The translations under genes were made by a program, and so were the position numbers. This document shows positions 39,301-51,790 of a stretch of 64,000 bases of DNA, in pieces; the stretch's first letter is position 1, and each line of letters begins with the position of its first letter. The stretch is from Chlorokybus atmophyticus (Eukaryota > Plantae > Mesostigma and Chlorokybus algae): the NCBI GenBank assembly GCA_009103225.1, contig RHPI01002533.1, positions 338,841-402,840 of the forward strand. The letters are read 5' to 3'. Under the pieces are notes generated by a model. It did no database searches. It was not told the DNA's origin and saw only the letters and a program-made list of their open reading frames with translations.

Positions 39301-41129
39301 ATGCGCGCGTGCCTGTGTGCGTGCGTCTGTGTACGTGCATGAATGGCTGCGTGCGTGTCGGGGCAATGAGGGGTGCATGTGTGCGTGCGCGCGCACTTGT
39401 CTCCTTTGTGTGTGTGCGCACTTGCGTGCGCGTGAGCATGCTACAAGGCCGTGCGCGTGCACGTGTATGTGTGCATGTGTGTCACATGGACCTCACCCCT
39501 TCTGCCCAGGGAGTTAACCGCCTCCGGTCCCGGCGGCTCCCCCCCTCCCCTCTCCCGCGCGACGGTGGCGCTGGCGTGGGCCGCGGTGGTCCCCGACACC
39601 CGCAACGCCGCGCGCTTCCTCGCCAACGGCGGGATGGACGCACTGCTCGGGGTGATCGAGGCGGGGGAGGACGAGGCGGGGGCGAGGAGCGCGGGGGTGG
39701 CGTGCGTCGCGGACCTACTGCAGCACCCGAAGGTAGAGAAGAGTGAGGTGGTTGACAAGTCGATGTAGCTTGTTGAGAGTACAACAAGCAACATCAACAA
39801 CAACAACATGCGTGTCTGCGGCAGGCACGACCGTTCTTTCTGCAGTGGAGAGGGGAGCGGCCCGACAACGACTCCGCGGCCAGGATGCTCATCTCGCTGC
39901 TGCCTTCATCTTCTTTCTCGTCGGGTATGAGCAGCTGTGCTGATGATGGGTTGCTGTTGCACATGAAGACGAGTGTTGTTGAGTTGTTGCATCGTGCTAC
40001 AGTCTCTTCTGGCGGGGACGATGAGGCCGCAGCGAGGGCGAGCACACCTTGTTCTACGGGTCGATACAGCGCAAACGATGTGGACGAAGGCCTTGCGCCC
40101 CACGCTGATGTTGGCAGGAACATGTTGGTGAGAACCGCATGTGGCGTTGAGTTGATGGTGGTGTATACTTACCTAGTCAAAGCTGAAATGGTTGTTTGGT
40201 TGACCAGGCGAAGGTGCGAGCGGTGTTCCGGGCCGTTGGCTATGAGGCTGCTGCGGCTGCGCTGCCGCCACGCGAGCGCGCAACACTCTGTCGTGTAAGA
40301 GAGATACAATATTTGCTTGCGCACATAGTTCTGTTGATCACCAAGTTTTCCCTGGTTGTGCAATACAAATGTGGGTCTTTCTCGTACACAGCTGGAGCGC
40401 TTGGACTTCATGAAGAAGTTGAAAACCCTGCAGGTGAGGGGGACGTTGCACACCCTGCTATATCCGCTTGTCGAACCAGTAGCAACTTAAATGGTTGACA
40501 CCTTGGTTGTTGTGTTTCAAGTCGGTGGAAGAGTCTTTGGAGCAAGAGGGCCTGAGGCCCACCACGCCAGATGCAGAGAGGCTGCGTGCGCACAAGCTGG
40601 CGGCCTCACGCGCAGCCGAAGAGTGGGAGGAGCGGGCACGCACCATAGAGCGAGAGGCAGAAGAGGTGTGGTGGTTGGAGTCTCTGTACTGATTCATACA
40701 CACAACTCTGAGGTGAGATGTTGGTGTTTTGATTGTTTGGGGTATTGTGCAGGAGAGGGAGGAGAGGGAGAAGCGGTTCTACCGTGCGATGGTGGAGCAG
40801 AGGGCCATGGAGGCAGCGGAGAGGAGCTACAAGAGGAGCCCCGCGGTGTTCACCGTCAGAGAGAGGCTGGTGAGTGGATCTAACTGTCAGTATTTGGTTT
40901 ACTTGTCAAGTTGTTGTGTAGAGCTGCAGAGCAGTTACACAGCTCCAGGCAGTTGGTGTCCTGACTCGTGTGCGCATGTGTGGTGGGTCTGTCTGCTCTG
41001 CAGGAGGCCAAGGCAAAGAGGGAGCAGATGCTGAAGAACGCATTCCAGAGCTCGCTAAACCACAATGGCACCGTGTCATCTTCACCTTCTTCTGTTGCTG
41101 CACCTCCAGCAGAGACTGTCAGTACCTAG
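33372..41129 (+). CDS. CFAP69: Cilia- and flagella-associated protein 69 (ARM-like), multi-exon, with low-complexity insertions
   Basis: Exon peptides match recalled CFAP69 blocks in colinear order: ACVPFVRRSASDE; VAWNVLE; QHDRELRNEALIVANLL; EDYAMQCLAW; WTPEHLTQLQLQ; HNRRLFRK; AWAAVV..FLANGGMDALL; terminal coiled coil EAKAKREQMLKN. Start codon uncertain. Exons in 35778-37309 appear twice, probably an assembly artefact. Confidence 0.78.
35778..38842 (+). repeat. Apparently identical 1532-bp direct duplication separated by a single N (probable assembly artefact)
   Basis: 35778-37309 matches 37311-38842 at offset 1533, as do all ORFs in the track (e.g. 36070/37603, 36299/37832). N at 37310. Confidence 0.85.
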
Positions 41130-41894
41130 ATTGGTACACACTAGCAATCTCCGTGCACTTCATGTACAGTCACTGCCGCCACTCCGTGAGGCAGTTCCTC
41201 TCATTGACTGCGGGACATTGCAAGGGTGCCATGTCTTGTCACCATGAGTGCACACAGCCGCCGGGCAACTCGCTATAGCTCGTCTGGGACTGCCTGCGTC
41301 GTATCCAGGTGGCATTGACTTTACAGCGCTGTTTGCAGTGCCAACTGCATGTCCTGCTGGTAAGGGCTCATCCACTAGTTTCAACTTGTTGACATGCGCT
41401 TGCAACATAGCGTGTAAACATGAGAATCAAAAGCCCTGACGCAAACTTGTGCTGCTGCAGTACTACGCTCAGTTTCCTGTTTGAAACTACTGTTCGCAGA
41501 GACTGTGTACCCGCAATCTCTCTGCCAACGGCACTCTGATCTCGTGATACGCAGAATGGCCACATACACATCTTGAAAAGTAGGCAGTACAAGTAGCTTT
41601 GGTGCATCAGCACAAGCACCATTCACCCCCTCGCCAAAAATACAACATTCATGGGCTATGTTGTTGGATATCATGAAGCAAGTACGCCAGCAAAAATATT
41701 TGCGGATGCTGCATGCCCAGTCCCCACTGTAGACATGCATGTTCAACATGCACAGAATACAAAGATCGTCGAAGTCAACCAACCATGCACACATACGCAA
41801 AAGCTGCCAGAGCAGACAAACGATATCAATATTACATAGTGTGCGTTTGCACTAAGAGTCTAGTTGAGCTGTGCTGAGAGGGGGAGCACAGCGC

Positions 41895-44800
41895 CTAAGC
41901 AGCTGCGGCCTTGGAGGCAGCAATGGTGGCCTGAATGTGTGCCGGCACAACGTCGTACTTCTCCAGCTGCATGCTGTAGTTGGCGCGGCCCTTGGTCATA
42001 CTGCGCAGTTTGCTCACATACTGGAACATCTCGGCAAGGGGAACTGAGGCAGCCACAGTCTGCACACAACCACACGTGTCAGCTGATGCTTTGCTTACCC
42101 AGTCACCCAACACCAACACGGCAGCAGAACCTCACAAACTACTCAACATGAAAGACAGCTATGCATACCTTCAAGCCTCCAGGCTTATCGCCAAGCTTCT
42201 GAATTTGTCCACGCCGGGAGTTGATATCTCCAATGACATCTCCCATGTTCTCCTCAGGCATGATGACATCGACCTTCATGATGGGCTCAAGGAGGCGGGG
42301 GCCAGCCTTTGCCATGCCCTCCCTAAAGGCGCCTTGGGCGGCGATCTGAAAGGCCAGGACGGAGGAATCCACATCGTGGTACGAGCCATCGACAAGGACA
42401 GCGCGCACATCAACAACGGGGAAGCCCGCGAGCACACCGTTGGACATGCACTCCTCAAGACCCTTCACCACACCAGGGACGTATTCCTTGGGCACCGCTC
42501 CACCCTTGATCTCGCTCTTAAACTCGTAGCCACTGCCCGCCTCGAGCGGCTCGAACCGGATGGTGACATCAGCGAATTGACCCGCACCGCCGGACTGCTT
42601 CTTGTGCACATACTTGATCTCCTTCGTCTTGGAAATGCTCTCGCGGTAGTTAACTTGAGGTGCACCCACGTTGGCCTCAACCTGTAACAGAGAGAACTGA
42701 GTCACACACCCACAACTGTATCCAACACCAAAGACTCTATTAAACCACACACCCACCTTGAACTCGCGCTTCAACCTGTCAACAATGATTTCCAAGTGAA
42801 GCTCTCCCATGCCCTCGATGACAGTCTGGTTGGTCTCCTCGTCGCGGGTGAAATGGAAAGAAGGATCCTCCTGGGCGAGCTTGATGAGACCCATGGACAT
42901 CTTGTCCAGATCAGCCTTGGTCTTGGGCTCGATGGCAACCTTGATGACGGGGTCGGGGAACTCCATGCGCTCCAGCACCACCGGGTGGTCGGGGTCACAA
43001 AGGGTCTCACCAGTGATGGTATCCTTCAGACCTGTTGGAAGGAAACAGGTGAGATCGACTAAATTCTATGCCATGAAGTCAACAGCACTACTAACAGCAA
43101 CATACCGCAGATGGCAATGATGTCTCCTGTGCGTGCAGACTTGATGTCCTCTCTGCTGTTGGCGTGCATTTCTAGGAGCCTGCCGATGCGCTCCTTCCTG
43201 TTCTTGTTGGCGTTTATCATGTACGTGCCGTTCGAGAGGGTGCCACTGTACACTCTGCAGAAGGTCAGAGAGCCCACGAAGGGATCTGACATGATCTTGA
43301 AGGCCAGAGCGGAGAAGGGGGCAGAGTCATCAGCGGGGCGGGTCATGACGACCTGCACAGCAACATGCATGACTCAGTATCACGCGCACACATTGCTCCA
43401 GCCACAATCCCCAACCACAACATTCCCTCACCACTCACCTCAGCATTGTCGGGGTCTGAACCCCGGACATCCTCAATATCGACGGGAGACGGGAGGAAGT
43501 TCACAACAGCGTCGAGCAGGGCCTGGACGCCCTTGTTCTTGAAGGCGGTTCCGCACAGAACCGGCACAAACTTCAGGGCGACGGCTCCCTTGCGGATGCA
43601 GCTGATGAGGGTCTCCTCGTCGGGCTCCTGGCCGTCCAAGAAAGCCTCCATCACAGCATCGTCCATCTCCACAGCCGTCTCAACAAGCTTCTCGCGCCAT
43701 TCTTGGGCCTACCGGAAAACATGAGTCACTTACACAACCATATTGGAATGCATGGGATCTCTGATGCGCGCGTGTGTGCACACTAGGAAATAGAAAGATA
43801 CAAGGACATGCTCAAACATTGAGCATGCACTTGCAGTCTATACCTGATCCTGTAGTGACTCGCGGATGGGTCCATAGTTGAAGGTGGCACCGAGGTCATC
43901 ACCGTCAAAGGTGATCTCCTGCATCTTGATGAGGTCAACCATACCCTCAAACTTGTCCTCAGCGCCAATAGGGATCTGGGTGACAAGCGGGATGGCTCCC
44001 AAATTCTCGATAATCATGTCAACAGTCCTGCAATGCCAGAAGCATCAGCAGCATGTTAATAACATAAGTAAACACAACATTATTATAGACAATTCAGCTG
44101 ATGTGATTCTTATTGGAACAGGTCGTAGGAAACACATGTCTTGCACAGACCTGAAGAAGTTAGCACCAGTGCGGTCCATCTTGTTAACGAAGCAGATTCG
44201 GGGAACCTTGTACTTGTCCGCCTGGCGCCAGACGGTCTCAGACTGGGGCTCAACGCCTGCAACCGAGTCAAAGACGGCCACAGCACCATCGAGCACACGC
44301 AGAGCACGCTCCACTTCCAGGGTGAAGTCTACGTGACCAGGGGTATCAATGATGTTGATGCGGTGATCCTTCCAGTAGCAAGTTGTGGCAGCACTGGTAA
44401 TGGTAATACCACGCTCCTACAGGAATGATCAGATATGAGACACGACCAAACAATCTTTGAGAAGGAACATGCCATCAGCAAGTAACGTATGATGTGTGTG
44501 AATCTGTTAAGCATGGATGCATGATAGCCCCTACACACCTGCTCCTGCTCCATCCAGTCCATGGTAGCCGCACCGTCATGGACTTCACCAATCTTATAGT
44601 TGCGGCCAGTGTAGTACAGAATGCGCTCAGTGGTTGTGGTCTTGCCAGCGTCAATGTGCGCCATAATACCAATATTCCTGTACATGCTCAGAGGCACCGT
44701 CCGTCCCTCTGCAAAAGGAGAGAAATGTTGGCCCCAAACCCACAGTTCAAGCACACTGACTAAATTGATATGCACAAGGTCCTGGAGCAGGCTTGCCAAA

Positions 44801-45273
44801 TGGTGGACTCGACAATGCATATTGACGTGCGAGTAAGCTATGTAGAGCCGAATTCATTCTGCATTGCTCAGGGAACATGCAGGAATATGTTCCTTCAGTA
44901 ATGCAGGACCAATGGACAAAAACAAGCAATCTACATGCAGCTGCATGGAGGGAAAGGCATTGACATCAACACAGTAAAACCGCAGCATACCATCGGCATT
45001 GACGGCGCAGACTGTTGGTGTCCTGGAGGGAGCAGAGGAAGATTGAGTGCGAGCGGAGCGAGAAATGGGGCGAGAAACAACTGCGGGCGAGTGTGTAACG
45101 GAGCGGAGACCAACAAACTCCGCCGCCGCAGCGTGTGAGCGCCGCAGAGATGACGCCAGCCGCCTCTCGGCCTTACCGGCCGTGGAGGCGGCCGCCCTGC
45201 GCTGCTGCCTGGACACAGCCACTGCAGGCGCAGCCACTTGGGCCGCAGCCATCGCCGCCACCGCCGGCGCCAT
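41895..45273 (-). CDS. fusA: Plastid translation elongation factor G with Ala/Ser/Arg-rich transit peptide
   Basis: [25 protein letters not shown]; MDWMEQEQ|[12 protein letters not shown]; [13 protein letters not shown]; FVNKMDR; [10 protein letters not shown]; [18 protein letters not shown]; [18 protein letters not shown]; [12 protein letters not shown]; [10 protein letters not shown]; [21 protein letters not shown]. Confidence 0.97.
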
Positions 45274-45312
45274 TGCTATCCAACCCACACCACCCCACAC
45301 TCACCCAACGAC

Positions 45313-45320
45313 AACCCTAA
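45313..45320 (+). promoter_or_regulatory. Telo-box-like AACCCTAA upstream of EF-G
   Basis: AACCCTAA 40 nt from the EF-G ATG. Telo-boxes are typical of plant translation-machinery genes, but this is a short motif and could be chance. Confidence 0.3.
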
Positions 45321-45942
45321 TGCTGTTCTTGTTCTTGACCACCACCACCGCCGCCGTTGCTAACCCCACCGCGCAGTTGCTAACCCTCTTTCTGGTCGGC
45401 CAGACTTCCACATGCGCCAACCCCGTCAACCTACCCGTCCCACGCGCTTCGCCAACTAACCGCTGTCTCTCGAAAACATCACCTTACCACAGACATCTCC
45501 TTTGCACCTTAGATGTCGAGCATCTGGCATGCCTGCAAACAATGCAGTGCAATACCGGGTGGTCTATCTCGCCCTCGTAGCTCGGTCAACCTCAACGTTG
45601 GTGCACGTCGTGCGCCTTGCCTGTCAATTATCCTCGCCAGGCGGGTCGTTGGCCGTCAGATGACATCGACGACGCTACGGAGCGCTACGTGGACACCGGT
45701 GTGCCTAGAAGGGCCGCTCTCGCTCGCCCGCGACTCATCAGGCCGCGAGCACAGCTGGCGCCCGAGCAGTCTCCCCTGCCAAGTCAGCCGCTGGGGACCG
45801 CACTTGTTCCTGGTACACCAGGAAAAGGCTCATTTTCTGGCTGTAGTATGCCATCGTTATATGCAGGTTCATTGTGTACCAGTGTGCGCGATGCATTATG
45901 CACATGGACAGATTGATTGCTTTATGCTGATTTGATGTTGTA

Positions 45943-46408
45943 CAGTCTACCCCCGTTAAAAGACTTTGCTATAAGGGAATAACCCCGCTAAGATCATGCA
46001 TTGTCAAAAGACCACTGGTTTTACAGGCAAATATCTTCTGTTAGTGGAATAGTCTTGTATGTAATAAGACTAAAGAGAAGGCTTTAAAACATAAGTGGGC
46101 TCAGTCTTGTAACGGGGGAATACCTTGTTAATAGCATGATTGTCTTGTTGATATTAGAATAACTATATAAATTAAGTGATTAAGTTCATATACTGTATTG
46201 TATGGTTTATAGAGGAAATATGAATCTGAATTTTGCCACGTCACCAAATGATGACGTGGCTTGAGGTTATCGGTCGATACCCCCATTAACAGAATATATT
46301 CTTTAAACAATAAAAGAATATATAATCTGATAAGCGCCAAGAGAATAACCCCGTTAGTGGAATGAAAAGCTGAAAGATAAACGTGATTCTTATAACGGGG
46401 GTAGACTG
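45943..46408. mobile_element. Tc1/mariner-type MITE, 466 bp
   Basis: TA|CAGTCTACCCCCGTTAAAAGA ... TCTTATAACGGGGGTAGACTG|TA: 21-bp TIR with 1 mismatch, CAGT termini and TA TSD (45941-45942, 46409-46410). AT-rich non-coding interior with internal AATAACCCCG-like motifs. Confidence 0.85.
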
Positions 46409-46862
46409 TACCAACAACGACATCCTTTCTCGTTTGTGAAGGCAGACCTTAGCTCGTTGATGTATGATACTATATTAGATCAAAGCTTAACATCAAATAT
46501 ATACATCTACCATAGGTAAACTGATGTTTCATACATTGAACTATTACGGGCTGCATGCATCTTAAAGTTGTTACGATGTTCTACATAACAATGAGTTATA
46601 GATCATGTTGCATACGTATATATTGATACCACTAGGGTATACACTTGCTACAACACATCATGCAATGCAATTTTAATATTAATATAATGCAATCTATAGC
46701 ACATCGACAAATTTCTCAATTATGCAATTGTACATTTCAACCTACGCGGGTATGATGAATGTACACCTTCATGACTGGATTGGCACAAACCGAGAATGAC
46801 GTAAGCCATTAACCGCGCGCTGCATAAGTCTTATGCGTAAATACAACAACCTACATTAATGC

Positions 46863-47201
46863 TGTAAGGAGAGGGGGTGCTACCTCCTCCCTTTAATCCC
46901 CTACCCCAACACCACCACCAGCCACGCCGACCACACCGCCGCCGCCAGGGGCAACTGCCGAAGCAGAAGATCCCCTGGCTATGGCGGCTGCTGCGTTAGC
47001 AGTGCCGCCATATAGCTGATATCGACATGAGACTCATGTCTCATGTCGATATCAGTGTTACAGTTAAGTAACACTACATTAGGGCCTTAACACTAGGTTA
47101 ACGGCCCTAATACGGCTTAATTGGCTGTATATACCCGTTGGGACCCTTATTTAATCCTAAATAAGGGCGGGGAACCTCTATAGAGGTAGCACTCCGTTAC
47201 A
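46863..47201 (-). repeat. 3' LTR of the mini-chromovirus
   Basis: 339 bp, adjacent to the PPT, direct repeat of 48096-48434. Confidence 0.95.
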
Positions 47202-48095
47202 TTCTCCCTTACTTAGGTTTCAATGTCCTCATTGAAGGGTTAGCAAAGCCCCACCATGAGCACCGAGAACCAAAGCAGTGAGAGAACCAGGGCCGAAGCG
47301 GTAAAGATGTCTGCCAGCACCCTTTTACCGTCCGCGTGTGGACACAGCACTTCAGTACCCCCGAAGAATCTCTTGGCAGTTGGTAAGATTTCTTTCGGGC
47401 TCCCACGTGTTGTGCTCAACACCATACCCTTTCCATTTCACCAAGTAAGACGGCGCGCGTCCGCGTCGAGGCTTACGGTGACTCAGGATTGCTTCCACCT
47501 CATACTCGAAAGTATCGTCGCCATCCACTGCAACGGGGGGTGGAGGAGGTTGAACCCGACCGTCAGAACGGTATGGTTTCAGTACACTCACGTAAAACAC
47601 ATTGTGAATGCGTATCGACTTTGGCAAGTCCAAACGATACGCGTGAGTGCCGACCCGATCAGTTATTTGAAAGGGCCTATCCAGCGAGGGAAAAACTTGC
47701 GGGTACCCACTCCCTTGATGGATACGTTTTTGGTACTTAAAAGCACCGAACAGCCCACATCGTAATTGGCCTCTCTACGATGCGCATCAGCTTGGGCTTT
47801 TTGTCTGTCTTGCGCTGCGCGCAGACAGGCTTATGCCAACGCTACCCTATCCTGCATGGCCGAAGCCATCTCGCGCGCTGCAGGTACGCGAGTCACGTCA
47901 GTAGCGGGCAACTTAATGTTCGCAGGACTCAGTGGATGCACTCCGTAATTCAAGAAGAACGGAGTCTCCTGCACACTCTCTTGCCATGCATTATTGATCG
48001 CAAACTCAGCCATTGGGAGATAAATATCTTTGATTCGGGCTCACATAATGCCGGATGGTTTCCTCAATCACTTGTTTGGCGCGCTCCGATACCAA

Positions 48096-48434
48096 TGTAA
48101 GGAGAGGGGGTGCTACCTCCTCCCTTTAATCCCCTACCCCAACACCACCACCAGCCACGCCGACCACACCGCCGCCGCCAGGGGCAACTGCCGAAGCAGA
48201 AGATCCCCTGGCTATAGCGGCTGCTGCGTTAGCAGTGCCGCCATACAGCTGATATCGACATGAGACTCATGTCTCATGTCGATATCAGTGTTACAGTTAA
48301 GTAACACTACATTAGGGCCTTAACACTAGGTTAACGGCCCTAATACGGCTTAATTGGCGGTATATACCCGTTGGGACCCTTAATTAATCCTAAATAAGGG
48401 CGGGGAACCTCTATAGAGGTAGCACTCCGTTACA
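48096..48434 (-). repeat. 5' LTR of the mini-chromovirus
   Basis: 339 bp, followed on the minus strand by one T and the iMet-type PBS. Confidence 0.95.
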
Positions 48435-49326
48435 AATGCATAAAGTAAAACAATGTTTATATCAATGACCTTGGCAACATTTGCATTACACATGGGGCCT
48501 TCAATCAAGGGGCCATGGTAGACCGTTATGGTAGAGCTACGACCCCAACCGTGCAATTAGCAGGCAAAGATACGGGTTGCAGTTGGCAAGGAGCAGGCTT
48601 CATTGTACAGCAATGCTGGTTGGCTTTTTCTCTTTGCCCACCGCACACCATCTGTTAACAAAGAAGTCCCTCTATTGTAAGAGCCAACCATTGTGTATAA
48701 TACCACTTGATGTGTAACCGCAAACAACCATGCAAGAACATGTCGATGATACCCACCCACCCACCCATACTCACGTTTAAAGCGGCACACAAAGCCTGAC
48801 AAGTTGTGCAGCAAGTTGTATCAAGCCTTTATTAGCTTGGTTGAGCTTCACAGCTTCCTCCATAACTTGTCACTATGCGCCTGTTGTGTAACGATACCTC
48901 TCACTTTCTTGCTGGACGGCTTGGCAAACTTATGCACAAGCACAAGGAGTTACTTCCGGAAGCCCGACCAGCAACACACGGTGCAGTACCTTGAAGGGGA
49001 AGTCACAGCACCGCACCAAGAAAGGAGGATGCCACCAACCTCTCTACTCAGCTCCCACACACATGCACACTCAAGCACACCCCACACACATGTGCAAAGC
49101 TGCCACAAGCATCACACCCCACATGGGATGGGAGGGAGAGCCCCTTGAACAACTAAACTAGGCACCCCACACACAAGAGTCGAGTATGCACATGCTGAGC
49201 CCCCTCAACACTTGTTGAGGCCGTTCATATACCCCCTCTTTGCTGCTCTCCGACCTAGAACATCCAAGTCCAAGGCTACTTGCCTTGTCATGGCTGCGTT
49301 GACCACAACTCATGTCTAGGGCTGCC

Positions 49327-49615
49327 ACATCAGCCCTTGGACCTCTTGTTTAATGTCCAAGACTGATCACACATCAGCCTCGGACATTGTGAACGTCCTT
49401 CGCTGGTCACATCAGCTTTGGAAATCACAAACATCACCCTTAGGCAATGTGAACGTCCTTGGCTGGTCATATCAGCCTGGGACATCACACATATGCGCAT
49501 GCATGCATACACATGCATACATCTAGTACGTACCTCATATCCTCACATATGCACTCATATGCGGACATATGCGCATGCAAACATATGCACACACATGCGG
49601 ACACATGGCTCACAT
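49327..49615 (+). repeat. Degenerate short repeats followed by a CATATGCG/CACATG-rich low-complexity tract
   Basis: CA(C/T)ATCAGC occurs four times; GTGAACGTCCTT(C/G)GCTGGT occurs twice (~49390, ~49450); then a purine-pyrimidine alternating tract. Confidence 0.6.
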
Positions 49616-49989
49616 GGCCATGTTTCAATGGTACCGACCAGCTCTGTGCTTGCAGATATGCAATACCTTGTGTAGTTTATCTCACTCAAGGCCTCATAGG
49701 CTCAAGAGCAGACCACGTGAGAGCCACCCCACAGCACTACACATGCTTATGACAAGGACAACGCACCCAGTCTCATCTTACTTACATACGTAAGGAACAA
49801 AGAACGACTTTAGCCAGCCTTACAGGCGTGACATGTTGTGAAGACAGTGTTTGTGCTAGCCGTTTACTCTTTACAACCATATTTGTCAAATGCATGAGCG
49901 AGTACTGCCTAAGACATGTCAATGCGCACTAGACAAGTTGTTAACCTGATGATGACTTCATTGGCGGCAAACCTGCAGACACATGCCAG

Positions 49990-51790
49990 TCACGTGAAGT
50001 GCTTGAAGTGGCGTGGACAGCTTGTGCGACCTTCGGTAGGCTGGGTGCTGCAGCACCGCCCGCAGAGTTGCTCTACGCACTGAGCGGCCCACATGTTGCC
50101 GCACGCGCATGTGTGCGGCGTGGCGAACCCATGCTTGGCCCCTGCATTGTCGCGGGAACTAGCCTCATTTGTATGTCGTACCTCAGCTGCTCCACCAGCA
50201 GCTCCCGCGACGCGCGCACTGGCACATCACGTAGCTCATGCCGCTGCCTCGCGCGCCAAGGTGCGTGTAGAACACGCACACCTCATCTTCAGCATTGTGA
50301 CATACATGGTCGCAGGTGTTAGTTGAAGGGAGAATGCGTTTATACCAACACTGCAGTGCAACAAACGTGAATGCAAGCATGTACCAGCAATTGTAACTTG
50401 TTTTAGCACACTCACCTTCCCGCATGTGAGGCAGAAGATGTGCTTGTTCTGAAGCAACTTCCACAGTCAGCCTCTCAGCAGCTGGTCCGCCCGCGTAATA
50501 AAATCTTCATTGCTGCAGACTGTTGCCAAGTTCAATTTCAATTGTATGCACGCATCCACCAGACCTGCGTCGCCACACCAACAGCAGGCGATGTGACGGC
50601 CACACCAATGCACCTGCGCTGCAATGCGAATGACAATATTGTTGGCCTTTGTTGCAAGCTCCCTGACAAGAGGCGTGATCACGCAGCTATATAGCATATA
50701 TGAGTTATTGAGCAGAGCGCCACACTCGCACACCTTGCCTCATCATTATCATCATGATGGTCATCACCTTCTCTCCTTCCAACACCATGCTCATCCATTG
50801 ACGTGAGTTGTCATTGTTAACTTAAAGATCTTAAAGGTCATCCTCATCCATGTACATATCATCACCAATACCACAGTACTCGTCCTCGCTGCCGCAAACT
50901 GACCAACTCTCGTAAACGTCGTAGACCAAAACGTTGAAGTCATCAACATAGTAGATGTAGTTACGGTTGTCCACTTCGAAACCAACATTGCAGGCGCCGT
51001 TGGAGGTATTATCCGCAATCATTGATGGGGAAGTCTTTAACCATTGTTGCAACAACTACATCCACGTAACATTTAATATCGTCTGAGAGGCGGATGACAT
51101 ATGCAAGGCTTGGTCTTGCGGAGTTGGGGAGACAGGACAATCATGGTTTGCGGTAACAAGTAATTGGCTGCTTTCGCTGCAAGCAGGGTGACCGCCGCAT
51201 GACAAGTGGGTAAGCTTGAGACGCTGCAAGATGGACGTGTGTTAAATTGTATCACTCATTGCGTGCATAGTGCATGTGCGCGGGTGCGCGTACGCTAGTG
51301 CGCGTGCTTGTACATGTATGCATGTGCGTGGCTCTGCATGCACATACGTGCGTGTGGGTGGGTGTGTAGTATATGTGTCAATCTATGCTTCGCATCCACC
51401 TTCATCCTAGACACCGCTGCTTGACGTCTGATCCGCCTGCAGGCTGATGCCGCCTACTGCCTGCTTCATGCACCCGAAAAACATGCGTTGCCTCCACACA
51501 CATTACCCTACACAGCAAAGTATACCAACCTGCGGCTCGATGCACAATCGCTGGTGGTACAACCGAAGCCCACTTCAGCGCCAGCGTCACGCCGTGCCGG
51601 GCACGCTGCCCAGCCCTCAATGGCGAGGTCGGCCAACAACACCTGGATGAGGCGGATCTCCTCATTCAAGGGGAGTTGCTGCCCAATGGCTCTAATCACC
51701 TGTTCAGGCAGGACTGCGTCTGTGTTCTTCAGCCTGGACTGGTCACGCCTGGCTGCATTGGCCACACTGTAATGCAGCCCATGGCTGTAA
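49990..51790 (-). pseudogene. Disrupted paralog (copy A) of an F-box-like / C-terminal zinc-finger protein
   Basis: Colinear with 57800-59900: ANAARRD..VLPEQVIRAIGQQLPLNEEIRL; LVDACIQLKLNLATV; FCLTCGK|; CACGNMWAAQCVEQLCGRCCSTQPTEGRTSCPRH, stop at 49990-49992. A 16-nt insertion near 51600 and further frameshifts and stops. Confidence 0.65.

Larger units (their letters stand above)
46863..48434 (-). mobile_element. Complete non-autonomous chromovirus derivative (TRIM-like, 1572 bp) retaining only the integrase 3' end and chromodomain
   Basis: Two 339-bp LTRs (TGTAA..TTACA) with 4 differences; 5-bp TSD AATGC (46858-46862, 48435-48439); PBS TGGTATCGGAGC (48094-48083); PPT AAGGGAGAA (47210-47202); internal MAEFAINNAW..TPFFLNYG, FFPRWIGPF and EYEVEAILSHR..YLVKWKGYGVEHNTWEPERNL with a stop and frameshifts. 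Confidence 0.95.

Noticed and set aside
45617-45916. 99-aa ORF diverging from EF-G just before the MITE
   Set aside because: No motif or convincing start context. It could be a first exon or UTR but is unsupported.
49327-49490. Repeat-spacer-like appearance resembling a CRISPR array
   Set aside because: Repeats are short, degenerate and irregularly spaced, there are no cas genes and the context is eukaryotic.
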